Sequence record: OP558005.1
Source: Klebsiella phage vB_KpnM_VPA32
Strand: one strand, 5' to 3'
Length of the DNA: 64,000 nt
Numbering within the stretch: position 1 is the first letter of the stretch; each line of letters begins with the position of its first letter. This document shows positions 28,088 to 42,123 of the stretch, piece by piece. A program made the translations under genes and the position numbers. The notes beneath the pieces are model-generated. The model was not told the origin of the DNA and ran no database searches. It worked only from the letters and a program-made list of their open reading frames with translations.

Positions 28088-28116
28088 TGCGGGAGCCTGA
28101 GGGCTCCCATTTTTGT
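28088..28116 (+). terminator. rho-independent terminator after gene 8
   Basis: GGGAGCC-TGA-GGGCTCCC followed by TTTTTGT. Confidence 0.6.
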
Positions 28117-28123
28117 ATAAATA
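28116..28123 (+). promoter_or_regulatory. T4 late promoter TATAAATA for gene 9
   Basis: Exact consensus, 25 nt upstream of the ATG. Confidence 0.65.
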
Positions 28124-28147
28124 GCATATATCAATAGAGGACTTATT

Positions 28148-29056
28148 ATGTTCGAACAAGAAGCAAAACAACTAATTGACGTCGGTGAAATTGGTAACGC
28201 ATCGACCGGTGATATTTTGTTCGATGGCGGTAACAAAATTAATAACAACTTCAATGGCATTTATAATGCATTTGGTGACCAAAGAAAAATGGCCTTAGAC
28301 AATGGCCAAGGTTCTGGAGTTGGACAAGTAATTCATGCTACCGGCTATTGGCAGAAATCAAATGACCCACTGGAATTTACTACTCCAGTACCAAACGGCT
28401 CGCAATATGACATTGACACTTCAGGAGGAGCTGTACAAGTTACTTTAAGTAAAGGTGTTCGTGGAGAAGCAGTATTTTTCTGCAACAGCAATGGCTCATT
28501 CTCTCCAACTAACCCATTAACTATTGATGCAAACGACACATTTGCAACTGTAACAGGTTCATTAAGAATTACGTCTCCTTACGTATTTGTAAAATGCTGG
28601 TGTATTTCTGACGAAGGCGGCCGTTCCGTTTGGGATTATTCAGTAGAAAGTATGTTTGGTGAAAAACATATTCCAACTGATGGCACTTGGCAATTAGGAG
28701 CTGTTGGTACTTCTGTAGATATTCCGTTGTTCCATAATACTGAATTTACTATAGCGAAGTATCTTATTACTGCGGAAACCAGCAATGGTTCAAAAGCCAA
28801 AAGTTGCGAAATAAATATTCACATAGACAGAATTAAGAGAGAAGTTAATAGTGTAGAATATGCAGTAATTCGAATTGGAGCAGTTGACACTCCAGCTACT
28901 TCTACAACTCCTGAAGTGATAGACAAAATTTTCGTTCCGTCATTTTCTATTAACCCTACCACAGGATATGTAGTCCTGACATTAACGCCAGGAGTCGCTG
29001 GTTTGAGAGCGGCAGTTAAAGCTATCGCTACACAGAAAATTGGGAATCCAAGATGA
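28148..29056 (+). CDS. 9: gp9 baseplate socket for long tail fibres
   Basis: 302 aa; synteny. Confidence 0.85.
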   Translation: MFEQEAKQLIDVGEIGNASTGDILFDGGNKINNNFNGIYNAFGDQRKMALDNGQGSGVGQVIHATGYWQKSNDPLEFTTPVPNGSQYDIDTSGGAVQVTLSKGVRGEAVFFCNSNGSFSPTNPLTIDANDTFATVTGSLRITSPYVFVKCWCISDEGGRSVWDYSVESMFGEKHIPTDGTWQLGAVGTSVDIPLFHNTEFTIAKYLITAETSNGSKAKSCEINIHIDRIKREVNSVEYAVIRIGAVDTPATSTTPEVIDKIFVPSFSINPTTGYVVLTLTPGVAGLRAAVKAIATQKIGNPR

Positions 29057-30861
29057 AGCAAGATATTAAAATTGGTCAAGCTGTTGATGACGGCTCCGGC
29101 GACTACCTGCGTAAGGGTGGTCAAAAAATTAATGATAACTTTGATGAGTTGTATTACGAGCTTGGCGATGGAGATGTTCCATTTGCTGCTGGTGCATGGA
29201 AAAACCACAAGACCTCTACAGCAGCTACATTAAACGCTGAATGGGGTAAAGCTTATGTGCTTGATACTTCAACTGGCCGTTTAAATGTGCGTCTTCCTAA
29301 AGGTACTGCGAATGATTATAATAAAGTCATTCGTTTACGAGACGTTTATGCAACTTGGCAAGTTAACCCTATAACTATTATTCCTGGTTCAGGAGATACT
29401 TTAAAGGGTGATTCTCGTCCAAGAGAAATTCGCACTCAATTCGCTGACTTGGAAATGGTGTATTGCCCTCCAGGTCGTTGGGAATATGTTGAAAATAAGC
29501 AAATCAACAGAATTTCAAATAGCGAATTGAGTACAGTAGTTCGTAAAGAGTTTTTAGTTAAAACTAACGGACAAACTGATTTCCCTGATGTATTCAGTGG
29601 AACAGAATACAACATTGGAAATACCCAAGTATTCCATCGTGGTAACATTCTGTATTACGGTGAGAAATTCAGTGCAACTGATTCTGATTTTGGTTCAATT
29701 GGACCAAATGGAACAAGAGTTGCTCTTGATGGTAAAAGCATTAAGCTGAAAAACCCGGCTAATGCAGGTGATACTGTAATTGTAGTATCTTACTTAGATG
29801 GTATTTCTCAATTCCGTAGTTCTTATAATAGACGATCAGTCACTTTGAGAGATTCATCTAAAACTAACCAGACATCTATTGAAGGTTCATTGTTAGTTGA
29901 CGATTTAAAAACTCTTAGATATTTCCCATTAAGTGCATTTGGTATTGATAGTTTCTCTCCTGTAAACCATCAATCTATGGAAGTTCGTTTTAATGGAATA
30001 CTTCAGAACGAAGCTGGTACTGCAGGTCTTCCATTAGCTCGTTGTATTGATGCTATTGCAGATGACGCATTTACATGTCAGGCTCTTGGCGGAACTTGGC
30101 AAAACAGTAAACTTGACTATGTTCTTGATATCGATGACAATAATAAATTGATTGGTATCGAAACAGACCGTGAAATGGAAGATGGTGACATTATTACTTT
30201 AACTTGGTACAACAACCAAATTGGTACAGTAATGGAGCTTGAAGACATTCTTAATGAAACTGACGCAAAATATGTATCTAAAGGCGAAGTTCTCAATCTC
30301 ACTGGTCAAGTACGTATTACTAACCAAAACAAACCAGGTTGGCCTAATGTTGCTCCTGAACCAGCTGCTGCTGTTGAAGTAAATAATGTTCAAAACTTAT
30401 TTGATTTGGTTTATCCGATTGGAACAATTTACGAAAACGCAGTAAACCCTAATAACCCAGCAACATATATGGGATTTGGTACTTGGGTTCTGTGGGGACA
30501 AGGTAAAGTTGTTGCTGGCTGGAATAACGATACAACCGACCCTAATTTCGCAATGAACAATAACGATTTGGATGTAAATGGTAATCCAAGTCATACTGCT
30601 GGTGGAACTGGTGGTGTAATTAGCAATGAATTAGAAAATGCTCAAATTCCTGCTTCTCAAACAACCGAAAAAGTTTTAGTAGTTGACCCTAACGGACCTA
30701 TTGTCGTCGGCGGATGTCAATTTGACCCGAATGAACAAGGGCCGGCTTATACTAAATATCGTGAATCGGTTGCTAACATCAACCCGACTCACACACCTCC
30801 AAAATCAGTAACTAATATTCAGCCATATGTTACCGCATATCGTTGGTTAAGGGTTTCTTAA
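29053..30861 (+). CDS. 10: gp10 baseplate wedge
   Basis: 602 aa; synteny. Confidence 0.9.
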   Translation: MKQDIKIGQAVDDGSGDYLRKGGQKINDNFDELYYELGDGDVPFAAGAWKNHKTSTAATLNAEWGKAYVLDTSTGRLNVRLPKGTANDYNKVIRLRDVYATWQVNPITIIPGSGDTLKGDSRPREIRTQFADLEMVYCPPGRWEYVENKQINRISNSELSTVVRKEFLVKTNGQTDFPDVFSGTEYNIGNTQVFHRGNILYYGEKFSATDSDFGSIGPNGTRVALDGKSIKLKNPANAGDTVIVVSYLDGISQFRSSYNRRSVTLRDSSKTNQTSIEGSLLVDDLKTLRYFPLSAFGIDSFSPVNHQSMEVRFNGILQNEAGTAGLPLARCIDAIADDAFTCQALGGTWQNSKLDYVLDIDDNNKLIGIETDREMEDGDIITLTWYNNQIGTVMELEDILNETDAKYVSKGEVLNLTGQVRITNQNKPGWPNVAPEPAAAVEVNNVQNLFDLVYPIGTIYENAVNPNNPATYMGFGTWVLWGQGKVVAGWNNDTTDPNFAMNNNDLDVNGNPSHTAGGTGGVISNELENAQIPASQTTEKVLVVDPNGPIVVGGCQFDPNEQGPAYTKYRESVANINPTHTPPKSVTNIQPYVTAYRWLRVS

Positions 30862-31523
30862 TGATTAGTGTATCTTCTTCAAAGGCGGGACTTAAGTCCC
30901 GCAATGCAGATTTCTTGCAATATGAAATCGCCCCAGGCAGTATTGATGTTATGAATACTCAGCCAATTGGGTCAAATACGATTTCACAAAAATATAAAGG
31001 TGTTGATTTTCCAAATGTTCAATCAGCGATAGAAGATGTTCGTGGATTCGCTATTCTTCCAATTGGAACAATTGTAATTAACGATACTGGCGTTTCTCCT
31101 GAAGGTATTCAACAAATTGATGATTGGACTTTTACCGGAACAGTAGCAGTTGATGGAAAATCTGAAGGTGAATCAGTTTTAGTTGATGTATACGGATTTA
31201 TGGTTCCGGCTTTAATTGGTGACACTGACACTGAATTTGCCGCGAAAGTTAAATTGGTTCTTGAGGACGCTATTACTGCTGGAGATGTAATTTCTTCAGT
31301 TGAAGTATCTACATCTGCCGGTAATATTTTAAATGTTAAATATATCGACAACCAAGAACATATTCTTCCCTCATATTCTTCATGTGGAGTTTCCATCTCT
31401 GCTTCAATCCAGTCTCCTTCTAAGGTTGGTTATGGGTCATGGGATTTAATCGGTCGTCAATCATTAACTTTCGATGGAGCTACTTCACCGACAGTTTTAC
31501 AATACTTTAAGAGAATGGGTTAA
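30861..31523 (+). CDS. 11: gp11 baseplate wedge / short tail fibre attachment
   Basis: Start reset to MISVSSSKAGLKSRNADFL by analogy with T4 gp11 (219 aa); TAATG overlap. Confidence 0.85.
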   Translation: MISVSSSKAGLKSRNADFLQYEIAPGSIDVMNTQPIGSNTISQKYKGVDFPNVQSAIEDVRGFAILPIGTIVINDTGVSPEGIQQIDDWTFTGTVAVDGKSEGESVLVDVYGFMVPALIGDTDTEFAAKVKLVLEDAITAGDVISSVEVSTSAGNILNVKYIDNQEHILPSYSSCGVSISASIQSPSKVGYGSWDLIGRQSLTFDGATSPTVLQYFKRMG

Positions 31524-33073
31524 TGGCTACTAATACTCTAAACCATATAAGTGACGAATCAAAATATAAAACGTTTAACCCGGCTGGAACTAGTTTTCCA
31601 GCCAACATAACAAACGTTCAATCGGCATTAGCCGCATTAAAGCCAATAGCAGTTAATGGCGTCCCTGACGCAACTGAAACTGTTAAAGGGATAATTCGCA
31701 TTGCTACCCAACAAGAAGTTAATGATGGTGATTCAGCTAATACTGTAGTTACTCCAAAAACTTTAAAAGAACGTCTTGGTAATCCACAAGCTTCTACTAC
31801 AGTAATTGGCTTAACTCGATATGCTACTACAGCTGAAGCTACTGCAGGGTCTATTGGCAATGCTGCTGTTGTTCCAACAGGGTTAAAAGCTTCAATTGAT
31901 AATGCGTTTGCTACTCGTATTTCTAAAGAGTCAGTTTTAGGTGTAATTAAAATTGCCACAATTGGAATGGCTGAAGCTGGTACTGATGATACCTCGGCAA
32001 TGACTCCATTGAAAACTCAAAGAGCAATCGCAAAAGCAACAGCAGTTCTTCCGGTTTATGGACCAGCAACAGAATCAGTGAGTGGTACTGTACGTATTGC
32101 TACCAACGGACAAGTTGCTCAAGGAACTTTAAGAGACGGATATGCTGTATCTCCAAGTGGATTAGCATCTTTAACAGCTACATCTTCTCGAAGAGGTTTA
32201 GCTCGCTCCGCTACTATTGCCGAAGTTAACGCAAATACCGCCGGAGATATTTTTGTTACTCCAAATGGATTGAACCAAAGAGTTGGTACTACTTCAACAA
32301 AAGGTCTTGTTAAATTAACAACTACAGTAGGTTCTGGCGATGCTAATACAGCTTTAGCCTATAACGCTGATGTTGTTCATACTCGTGGCGGTCAAACTAT
32401 TAATGGAAACACAACGTTTGGTACAGCTCGCGTAAATGGTCGTTTAGATATGGGCTCTGGCTTTATTAACAACCAGCAAATTGCTACTGTTAATATGTTA
32501 GTTGATTCTGTTCCTATCGGAACAATTATCATGTGGCCAGGAAATAACACTCCAAGCTCAGACTGGATGCATTGTAACGGAGCGTTATTGAATAAAGGAG
32601 ATGCCCAATATTCTACTTTGTATAGCATTATTGGCACTATATATGGCGGAGACGCTACTCGGTTTGCTCTTCCTGATATGCGTGGTATGTTCCCTCGTGG
32701 TGTTGGTAAATCAAACATCATGAACCAATATTCAGGAAACGATTCAAAAGGTAAACCTGGTTTAGGAGCTGGTTGTGGTAATGCTTCGTTAGGTCAATCA
32801 ATGCCGCAATCTGTTCGTAAACATAAACACGAATCAGGGTGGGGTGAACATCATCAGCGTAATGAAGCTCGCAACGGGTGTACTGTAAGAAACGGCTATG
32901 TTGGTTCTAATAGAACAGATTATGATAACTACAAGTGGTTTACTAATGATGGTAGTGAAGTAGAAGCAGCTAATATTCGTGATTCATTCGGTACTATGAA
33001 TACTGATGGATTAATGGGTGATGAAAACCGTCCTTGGTCAATTGCTCTAAACTTTGTTATAAAAGTAAGATAA
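31523..33073 (+). CDS. 12: gp12 short tail fibre
   Basis: 516 aa; T/A/G-rich repeats; synteny. Confidence 0.9.
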   Translation: MATNTLNHISDESKYKTFNPAGTSFPANITNVQSALAALKPIAVNGVPDATETVKGIIRIATQQEVNDGDSANTVVTPKTLKERLGNPQASTTVIGLTRYATTAEATAGSIGNAAVVPTGLKASIDNAFATRISKESVLGVIKIATIGMAEAGTDDTSAMTPLKTQRAIAKATAVLPVYGPATESVSGTVRIATNGQVAQGTLRDGYAVSPSGLASLTATSSRRGLARSATIAEVNANTAGDIFVTPNGLNQRVGTTSTKGLVKLTTTVGSGDANTALAYNADVVHTRGGQTINGNTTFGTARVNGRLDMGSGFINNQQIATVNMLVDSVPIGTIIMWPGNNTPSSDWMHCNGALLNKGDAQYSTLYSIIGTIYGGDATRFALPDMRGMFPRGVGKSNIMNQYSGNDSKGKPGLGAGCGNASLGQSMPQSVRKHKHESGWGEHHQRNEARNGCTVRNGYVGSNRTDYDNYKWFTNDGSEVEAANIRDSFGTMNTDGLMGDENRPWSIALNFVIKVR

Positions 33074-33081
33074 GGAAAAAT

Positions 33082-34515
33082 ATGTCAACTATTGATTTAA
33101 CTCCCCTTCCTTACGTCAACGGCCTTCCGGATGAAGGCCAATCTCGTGTAAACTGGATTAAAAATGGCGAGGAATTAACAGGAGCATCCACCAAAAATGG
33201 TGTAGACGGTAATCTCAACCGTGGACCGGTGCAGGTCCAACAAAACGTGGAAGTGCTCGATGGGAATATCGTAGTTGTACGTAACTCTCTTGAGCAATCA
33301 AACGTAAGAATTAAGAATGTCGAGGATGCCCTAGGGGTCATTGGGGATGTCGATGTTGTCAAACAAATAGGTTTAAACACATCTGCAATTAAAGTTCTCC
33401 AGAGTGACACAGAGGGACTTAAAACCACATCAGATGACCATGGTCTGCGCATAACTCACATCGAAGAAGATGTAGGTGAATATGACCCGTCACGCGATTC
33501 TGTTTACCGTCCAGTTCGTGAAGACTTACTTTGGATTAAAACTGAGTTAGGTGCTTATCCGGGGCAAGACATCAATGGTATGTCTATTCCTATGGCTCCA
33601 GCGCTTGGTTTGAAGAAGCGTGTTATTGACACTGCTAAAGCTGTAAATGATAACTCGATTCGTATCACTAATATTGAAAAACAATTTAATGATTCAGATG
33701 TTGGTTCATTAACTATTGAAGTCCAAAACCTTCGAAATGAAATGGGTCCAAGAGCATCCGCTGGTATTGATAATGTTTACGTTCGTTTGAATAAAATGAA
33801 TGGAACTATTAGTACTTTAGCAATGGACATGGAAAACGTTTTAGATTCGATTGGGTATAACAATGGAGTTATCAATTTATACGGCTTGGTTGTAATTAAC
33901 CGCGATGCAATCGCTGAAGTCAATCGTAAATTAAGTGACCCGACAGTAGGATTAATTCCTCGCGTAGATTTAATTGAATCAGCTATCGGAAAAGATTCTC
34001 AGCCATCAAGCATCAACGGAAGAATTAAAATTAACCGTGATGAAATTACAGCTCTGAAATCTATTGTTGGTGCAGATACTTCGTCTGGTTTACGTGGACA
34101 AGTTGCATGGATTAACCAAGTAGTTGGTATTAATGAAAGCGGAACCCCTGCTCCGTCTAATTCTTTAATTGGACAGATTAATACTCTGACTACCATGCAA
34201 AACCAAATGGCTAATACCATTCAGGATATCCAGGTAGATATTGGTAACAATAACGAAGGTTTAAAAGGTCAAGTAATTCGTTTAAATAGTCTTGTAATGG
34301 GTACAAACCCTAATGGCGCTACTGTTGAAGAAAGAGGACTTTTAAACGTAGCAAAAGCCCAAGACACTGATATTTCAAACATTAAAACCGAAATTCAGAA
34401 CTTAATTCCAGAAGCTCCTCGTGATGGAAAAGCTTATGTTCGTAAAGACGGTGCTTGGGTCGACTTAGACACTATTCTTAATCCACCTGCTCCGGAACCA
34501 GGCCCGGAAGCATAA
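33082..34515 (+). CDS. wac: fibritin (whisker) wac
   Basis: MSTIDLTPLPYVNGLPDEGQSRVNWIKNGEE matches the T4 Wac N-terminus; coiled-coil repeats; C-terminal foldon-like ...EAPRDGKAYVRKDGAWV. Confidence 0.9.
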   Translation: MSTIDLTPLPYVNGLPDEGQSRVNWIKNGEELTGASTKNGVDGNLNRGPVQVQQNVEVLDGNIVVVRNSLEQSNVRIKNVEDALGVIGDVDVVKQIGLNTSAIKVLQSDTEGLKTTSDDHGLRITHIEEDVGEYDPSRDSVYRPVREDLLWIKTELGAYPGQDINGMSIPMAPALGLKKRVIDTAKAVNDNSIRITNIEKQFNDSDVGSLTIEVQNLRNEMGPRASAGIDNVYVRLNKMNGTISTLAMDMENVLDSIGYNNGVINLYGLVVINRDAIAEVNRKLSDPTVGLIPRVDLIESAIGKDSQPSSINGRIKINRDEITALKSIVGADTSSGLRGQVAWINQVVGINESGTPAPSNSLIGQINTLTTMQNQMANTIQDIQVDIGNNNEGLKGQVIRLNSLVMGTNPNGATVEERGLLNVAKAQDTDISNIKTEIQNLIPEAPRDGKAYVRKDGAWVDLDTILNPPAPEPGPEA

Positions 34516-34540
34516 TATAGGGCCTTCGGGCCCTTAGAGG
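34514..34540 (+). repeat. GGGCC-TTCG-GGCCC hairpin (intergenic wac/13)
   Basis: Member of a recurring UUCG-tetraloop hairpin family (also at about 361, 4384 and 42100). Confidence 0.5.
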
Positions 34541-34545
34541 TTTAT

Positions 34546-35484
34546 ATGGCCGCAAATACCGCACGCAATCCAAAAGAATTAAAAGATGTTATTTTGCGTC
34601 GTCTTGGCGCACCAATCATTAACGTTGAATTAACCGAAGATATGATTTATGACTGTATCCAACGAGCTTTAGAGCTATTCGGTGAATATCATTATGACGG
34701 CTTAAATAAAGGCTATCAAGTAATTCATATTGGCGATGACGAAATCGGTCGTGGTCAATTCAAAAATGGTGTGTTTGATTTTTCAGACCGCAACATTTTC
34801 GCAGTCACACAAATTGTTCGTACTAACGTTGGTTCACTGACAAGTATGGACGGTAATGCTACTTATCCATGGTTCACTGATTTCCTATTAGGAATGGCTG
34901 GAATTAATGGTGGTATGGGTAGCTCTTGTAATAAAGCTTATGGACCAAATGCATTTGGAGCTGATCTTGGCTATTTCACTCAGCTCACAACTTATTGGTC
35001 GATGATGCAAGATATGCTTGCTCCTCTTCCAGATTTTTGGTTCAACGATGCCACTGGTCAGCTTAAAATTATGGGCAACTTCCAGCTAGGTGATGTTATT
35101 GTAGTTGAATGCTGGACTAAATCTTATATTGATGTGGACAAAATGGTTGGAAATACAGCAGGGTATGGAACAGCTGGTCCAGAATCATCTTGGACTCTTC
35201 CGGACATGTATGATAACCCAGATAAACGTTTGACTGGCTACAGAGCTGGTGAAGAACTTTCAATCGTTCAAGGCTCATATAACAACCGTTGGGTAAAAGA
35301 TTATGCTCATATTCTGGCCAAAGAATTACTTGGTCAAGTATTAGCTCGTCACCAAGGTATGCAGCTTCCAGGCGGAGTCACATTAAATGGTGAACGCTTA
35401 ATTGAAGAAGCTCGATTAGAAAAAGAATATGCTTTGGAACAGCTTTACTTACTTGACCCTCCAACAGGAGTACTTGTAGGATGA
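34546..35484 (+). CDS. 13: gp13 neck protein
   Basis: 312 aa; synteny. Confidence 0.9.
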   Translation: MAANTARNPKELKDVILRRLGAPIINVELTEDMIYDCIQRALELFGEYHYDGLNKGYQVIHIGDDEIGRGQFKNGVFDFSDRNIFAVTQIVRTNVGSLTSMDGNATYPWFTDFLLGMAGINGGMGSSCNKAYGPNAFGADLGYFTQLTTYWSMMQDMLAPLPDFWFNDATGQLKIMGNFQLGDVIVVECWTKSYIDVDKMVGNTAGYGTAGPESSWTLPDMYDNPDKRLTGYRAGEELSIVQGSYNNRWVKDYAHILAKELLGQVLARHQGMQLPGGVTLNGERLIEEARLEKEYALEQLYLLDPPTGVLVG

Positions 35485-36281
35485 TGAATAAAAATTTGTT
35501 CGCGAAGCTCGAGAACAAATCAGGTTATTCACGCACTAATGAAGAGGAAGTTCTCAATCCATATGTGAACTTCCACAATCATTTTAACACCCAAGCTCTG
35601 TTTGATACTCTTGTGGCTGAAAGTATTCAAATGCGCGGGGTTAAATGTTACTACGTTCCCCGTGAATACGTAAAACCTGATTATGTCTTTGGTGAAGACC
35701 TTCAGTCCAAGTTCACTAAGGCTTGGCAATTTGCAGCTTACATTAACTCATTTGAGGGTTATGAAGGAGCAAATACATTTTATAGTAAGTTCGGAATGCA
35801 AGTTAATGATGAAGTTACTTTGTCAATTAACCCGGGTCTCTTTAAGCATCAAGTAAATGGACAAGAACCGAAGGAAGGAGACTTAATTTACTTCCCGATG
35901 GACAATAGCTTGTTTGAAATTTCTTGGGTAGAGCCGTATGACCCGTTCTATCAAGCTGGACGAAATGCTATTCGTAAGATTACAGCAGAGAAATTCATTT
36001 ATTCTGGTGAGCAGCTTAAACCTGAGCTTCAGCGTAATGATGGAATTAACATTCCTGAGTTCAGCGAGCTTGATTTAGACCCTATTCATGAATTAGATGG
36101 TCTTTCTGATATCAATGAAGTTCCATATCAAGAAGTAGACCAAATGAATGATGAGGCTGATAAAGACGTTAAGCAATACGAAGTCGTTAATGGTACCGGT
36201 TCACCTAAGGTAGAACCACCAAGAAACAGACCACCTGCTAATCATGTAGCATCTCCATTTGATGATGGTTTTATGCTATAA
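35481..36281 (+). CDS. 14: gp14 neck protein
   Basis: 266 aa; synteny. Confidence 0.9.
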   Translation: MMNKNLFAKLENKSGYSRTNEEEVLNPYVNFHNHFNTQALFDTLVAESIQMRGVKCYYVPREYVKPDYVFGEDLQSKFTKAWQFAAYINSFEGYEGANTFYSKFGMQVNDEVTLSINPGLFKHQVNGQEPKEGDLIYFPMDNSLFEISWVEPYDPFYQAGRNAIRKITAEKFIYSGEQLKPELQRNDGINIPEFSELDLDPIHELDGLSDINEVPYQEVDQMNDEADKDVKQYEVVNGTGSPKVEPPRNRPPANHVASPFDDGFML

Positions 36282-36284
36282 ATA
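36277..36284 (+). promoter_or_regulatory. T4 late promoter TATAAATA for gene 15
   Basis: Exact consensus upstream of gene 15. Confidence 0.6.
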
Positions 36285-36326
36285 GTTAAAAGCATATACG
36301 GCTCTTCGGAGCCGTTAGGAGAAACA

Positions 36327-37156
36327 ATGTTCGGATATTTTTATAACTCGTCTTTGCGCAGATACATCCTAATGCTGGGTGACTTGTTCTCCAATATTCA
36401 AGTTCAGAGAGTGCGCGAAGACATAGGCAAGACATATATCAGAGTTCCAATTACTTACGCTTCTAAAGAGCACTTTATGATGAAGCTGAATAAATGGACT
36501 TCTGTTAACAATGAAGACGGTCCTGCGAAAGTAGAGACAATTCTTCCACGTATCAACCTTCATTTAGTTGATATGATGTACAACCCAACTTATAAGACTG
36601 GACAACTTAATCGTTCAGCAATGAGCAATCCTAATTCGAAGACTGGGACTATTTCTCAATACAACCCAACTCCGATTAAAATGATTTTTGAGCTTGGAAT
36701 TTTTACTCGTCACCAGGACGATATGTTTCAAATTGTAGAGCAAATTATGCCCTACTTCCAACCTCATTTTAACACCACAATGACTGAACTATTCGAAAAC
36801 GAAATTACATTTGAAAGAGATATAAGAATAACTTTCCAATCTATTTCAATTGACGAACAAATCGATGGAGACAAACAATCTAGAAGAAGATTAGAATGGT
36901 CCATCATGTTTGAAGTGAATGGTTGGCTTTATCCTCCAGCTTTCGATTTAAGTGGTGAAATCCGTACAATTTATCTTGATTTCCATGCTAACAGTCGTGA
37001 ATTGGTAAATGAAGGTGTATTTGAATCTGTGGATTCTGAAGTAGACCCACGCGATGTTGAAATTCAAGATTGGGACGGAAAATCTATTCAGAAATATGAT
37101 AGCGATTCAACTCCAATTCCAAAAGAGCCTGAACCGCCTGGACCACGAGGTGTATA

Positions 37157-37157
<1 letters not shown>
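36327..37157 (+). CDS. 15: gp15 tail sheath stabiliser / connector
   Basis: 276 aa; synteny. Confidence 0.9.
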
Positions 37158-39473
<2,316 letters not shown>

Positions 39474-39503
39474 TACTAAAGCACACATGTAGAGGAATTC
39501 TTA

Positions 39504-41486
39504 ATGGCTTTATTATCTCCGGGCGTTGAGCTCAAAGAAACTAGTGTACAAAGCACTATTGTTAATAATGCTACTGGGCGTGCGGCTCTTGCTGGTAAAT
39601 TCCAGTGGGGCCCGGTTGGTCAAGTTGTTCAGGTGACTAACGAAGTCGAATTAGTCGATATTTTCGGCACTCCAGATAGCCAAACTGCTGACTACTTTAT
39701 GTCCGCAATGAACTTCCTGCAATATGGTAATGACCTTCGTATTTCACGTGCAGTAAACCGTGAAGTTGCGAAAAACTCATCTCCAATTGCTGGGAACGTT
39801 GAAATTACCATTTCTGCTGCGGGTTCAAACTATGCTGTAGGCGATACCGTTCGAGTTAAATACAACGTAAACGTTATTGAATCAGCTGGTAAAGTTACTG
39901 CTGTTGATGGTAACGGTGGTATTGTTTCAGTTTCAGTACCAAGCGCAAAAATTATTGCATACGCAAAATCAATTAATCAATACCCAGATTTAGGACCGAA
40001 CTGGACTGCTGAAGTTACTTCCGCATCTTCTGGTGTTGCTGCTACTCTGGCCGTTGGTAAAGTTGTAACTGATTCTGGTGTTCTTTTAACTGAGCCAGAA
40101 ACTGCGACTGAGCAAATGACTTCGGTCGAATTCCAAGCTGCTTTGAAAACTTATGGCATGCCAGGTATCGCTGCTCTTTATCCAGGTGAACTCGGTTCTC
40201 AATTAGAAATTGAAATTGTTTCTAAAGCTGGATTTGAACAAGGTGCAAACACCCAATTACAAATTTATCCTGCTGGCGGAACTCGTGTTTCTACTGCCCG
40301 TGCAGTATTTGGATACGGTCCTCAGTCAGATGACCAATATTGCATTATCGTTCGTCGTGACGGAGCAATTGTAGAAAGCTTCGTGCTGTCTACAGCAAAA
40401 GGTTCTAAGGACGTTTACGGAAATAACATCTTCATTGATGATTTCTTCTCTAAAGGTTCAAGCAATTATATCTTCGCCACTGCTGAAGGCTGGCCAACTG
40501 GATTCTCTGGTATTGTTCAGCTGTCAGGCGGTGTATCAGCTAACGAATCTGTTACTGCTGGCGATGTAATGCAAGCATGGGATTTATTCGCTGACCGTGA
40601 AGCTCTTCATGTTAACCTTTTAATTGCTGGTGCATGTGCTGGTGAAGATGACGAATTTGCATCTACTGTTCAAAAACATGTAGTATCGATTGCTGATGAA
40701 CGTCAAGATTGTCTGGCTCTTATCTCTCCGCCACGTAGCGTATTGGTAAACATTCCTCTGACTCGTGCGATTGATAATCTGGTCGATTGGCGTACAGGTC
40801 AAGGTACATACGCTGATGCTAATATGAACATCAGTTCTACTTACGCATCTATCGACGGTAACTACAAATATCAGTATGACAAATACAATGATGTTAACCG
40901 TTGGGTTCCGTTAGCTGCTGATATGGCTGGTCTGTGTGCTCGTACTGATAATATCAGTCAGCCTTGGATGTCTCCAGCTGGTTATAATCGTGGACAGATT
41001 CTGAACGTCATTAAATTGGCAATCGAGCCTCGCCAGAGTCAACGCGATCGTCTGTATCAGGAAGCAATTAACCCTGTGACCGGTACCGGTGGTGACGGAT
41101 TCGTTCTGTTTGGCGATAAGACTGCAACCAAAGTTCCTACTCCGTTTGACCGCATCAACGTACGTCGTCTGTTCAACATGCTGAAAACGAATATTGGAAA
41201 CGCTTCTAAATATCGTCTGTTCGAGATGAACGACAACTTCACTCGTTCAAGCTTCCGTATGGAAACTTCTCAGTACCTGTCTGGAATTAAATCTCTGGGT
41301 GGTGTATATGAATTCCGTGTGGTATGTGATACTACGAACAACACGCCTGCTGTAATCGACCGCAATGAATTTGTTGCATCGTTCTACATCAAGCCAGCTC
41401 GTTCTATCAACTACATCACTCTGAACTTCGTTGCTACTGCTACGGGTGCTGATTTCGATGAACTGATTGGACCACAGGCTCAATAA
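39504..41486 (+). CDS. 18: tail sheath gp18
   Basis: 660 aa; synteny. Confidence 0.95.
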   Translation: MALLSPGVELKETSVQSTIVNNATGRAALAGKFQWGPVGQVVQVTNEVELVDIFGTPDSQTADYFMSAMNFLQYGNDLRISRAVNREVAKNSSPIAGNVEITISAAGSNYAVGDTVRVKYNVNVIESAGKVTAVDGNGGIVSVSVPSAKIIAYAKSINQYPDLGPNWTAEVTSASSGVAATLAVGKVVTDSGVLLTEPETATEQMTSVEFQAALKTYGMPGIAALYPGELGSQLEIEIVSKAGFEQGANTQLQIYPAGGTRVSTARAVFGYGPQSDDQYCIIVRRDGAIVESFVLSTAKGSKDVYGNNIFIDDFFSKGSSNYIFATAEGWPTGFSGIVQLSGGVSANESVTAGDVMQAWDLFADREALHVNLLIAGACAGEDDEFASTVQKHVVSIADERQDCLALISPPRSVLVNIPLTRAIDNLVDWRTGQGTYADANMNISSTYASIDGNYKYQYDKYNDVNRWVPLAADMAGLCARTDNISQPWMSPAGYNRGQILNVIKLAIEPRQSQRDRLYQEAINPVTGTGGDGFVLFGDKTATKVPTPFDRINVRRLFNMLKTNIGNASKYRLFEMNDNFTRSSFRMETSQYLSGIKSLGGVYEFRVVCDTTNNTPAVIDRNEFVASFYIKPARSINYITLNFVATATGADFDELIGPQAQ

Positions 41487-41581
41487 TTCTAAGACACTTA
41501 GGGACCTTCGAGAGGAGGTCCATAAATACAATCATCTTAGGAAAACTAATTCATCTCGGCCGCTCTGGTGAATCAGAGCGG

Positions 41582-41589
41582 TATAAATA
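41582..41589 (+). promoter_or_regulatory. T4 late promoter TATAAATA for gene 19
   Basis: Exact consensus, 14 nt upstream of the corrected gene 19 ATG. Confidence 0.65.
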
Positions 41590-41603
41590 TAACAGGAACT
41601 CAC

Positions 41604-42095
41604 ATGGAACTTACAGATTTAACTCGTGCATTTGAATCCGGTGATTTCGCGCGTCCTAACTTGTTTGAGGTAGAAATTCCTTATCTCGGTAAGAACTTCA
41701 GCTTCAAATGTAAAGCAGCTCCACTGCCTGCTGGTATCGTTGAAAAAATTCCGGTCGGTTATATGAACCGTAAACTTAACGTTGCCGGTGACCGTACATT
41801 CGACGATTGGACCGTGACTATCTACAACGACGATGCTCATAATACTCGTCAAGCTATTGTTGAATGGCAGGGTATTGCAGCAGGGCAAGGTAATGAAATT
41901 ACTGGTGGCTCACCTGCAGAGTATAAGAAAAAAGCAATTGTCCGTCAATTCGCACGTGATAGTAAAACAATTACTCGTGAAATTGAAATTACGGGCGTTT
42001 GGCCAACTAACGTTGGTGAAGTCCAGCTCGATTGGGACAGCAACAACGAAGTTGAGACCTTTGAAGTAACATTCTGTCTCGACTGGTGGTTGTAA
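41604..42095 (+). CDS. 19: tail tube gp19
   Basis: Start reset to MELTDLTRAFESGDFARPNLFEV (T4 gp19 is 163 aa). Confidence 0.9.
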   Translation: MELTDLTRAFESGDFARPNLFEVEIPYLGKNFSFKCKAAPLPAGIVEKIPVGYMNRKLNVAGDRTFDDWTVTIYNDDAHNTRQAIVEWQGIAAGQGNEITGGSPAEYKKKAIVRQFARDSKTITREIEITGVWPTNVGEVQLDWDSNNEVETFEVTFCLDWWL

Positions 42096-42115
42096 AATGT
42101 GGGCCTTCGGGCCCA

Positions 42116-42123
42116 TATAAATA
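42116..42123 (+). promoter_or_regulatory. T4 late promoter TATAAATA for gene 20
   Basis: Exact consensus following the GGGCCTTCGGGCCC hairpin. Confidence 0.65.

Noticed and set aside
31523-34515. Long tail-fibre or receptor-binding diversity in gp12/wac
   Set aside because: Both are collinear with the T4 proteins by eye, with expected conserved termini; they cannot be shown to be unusual without alignment.
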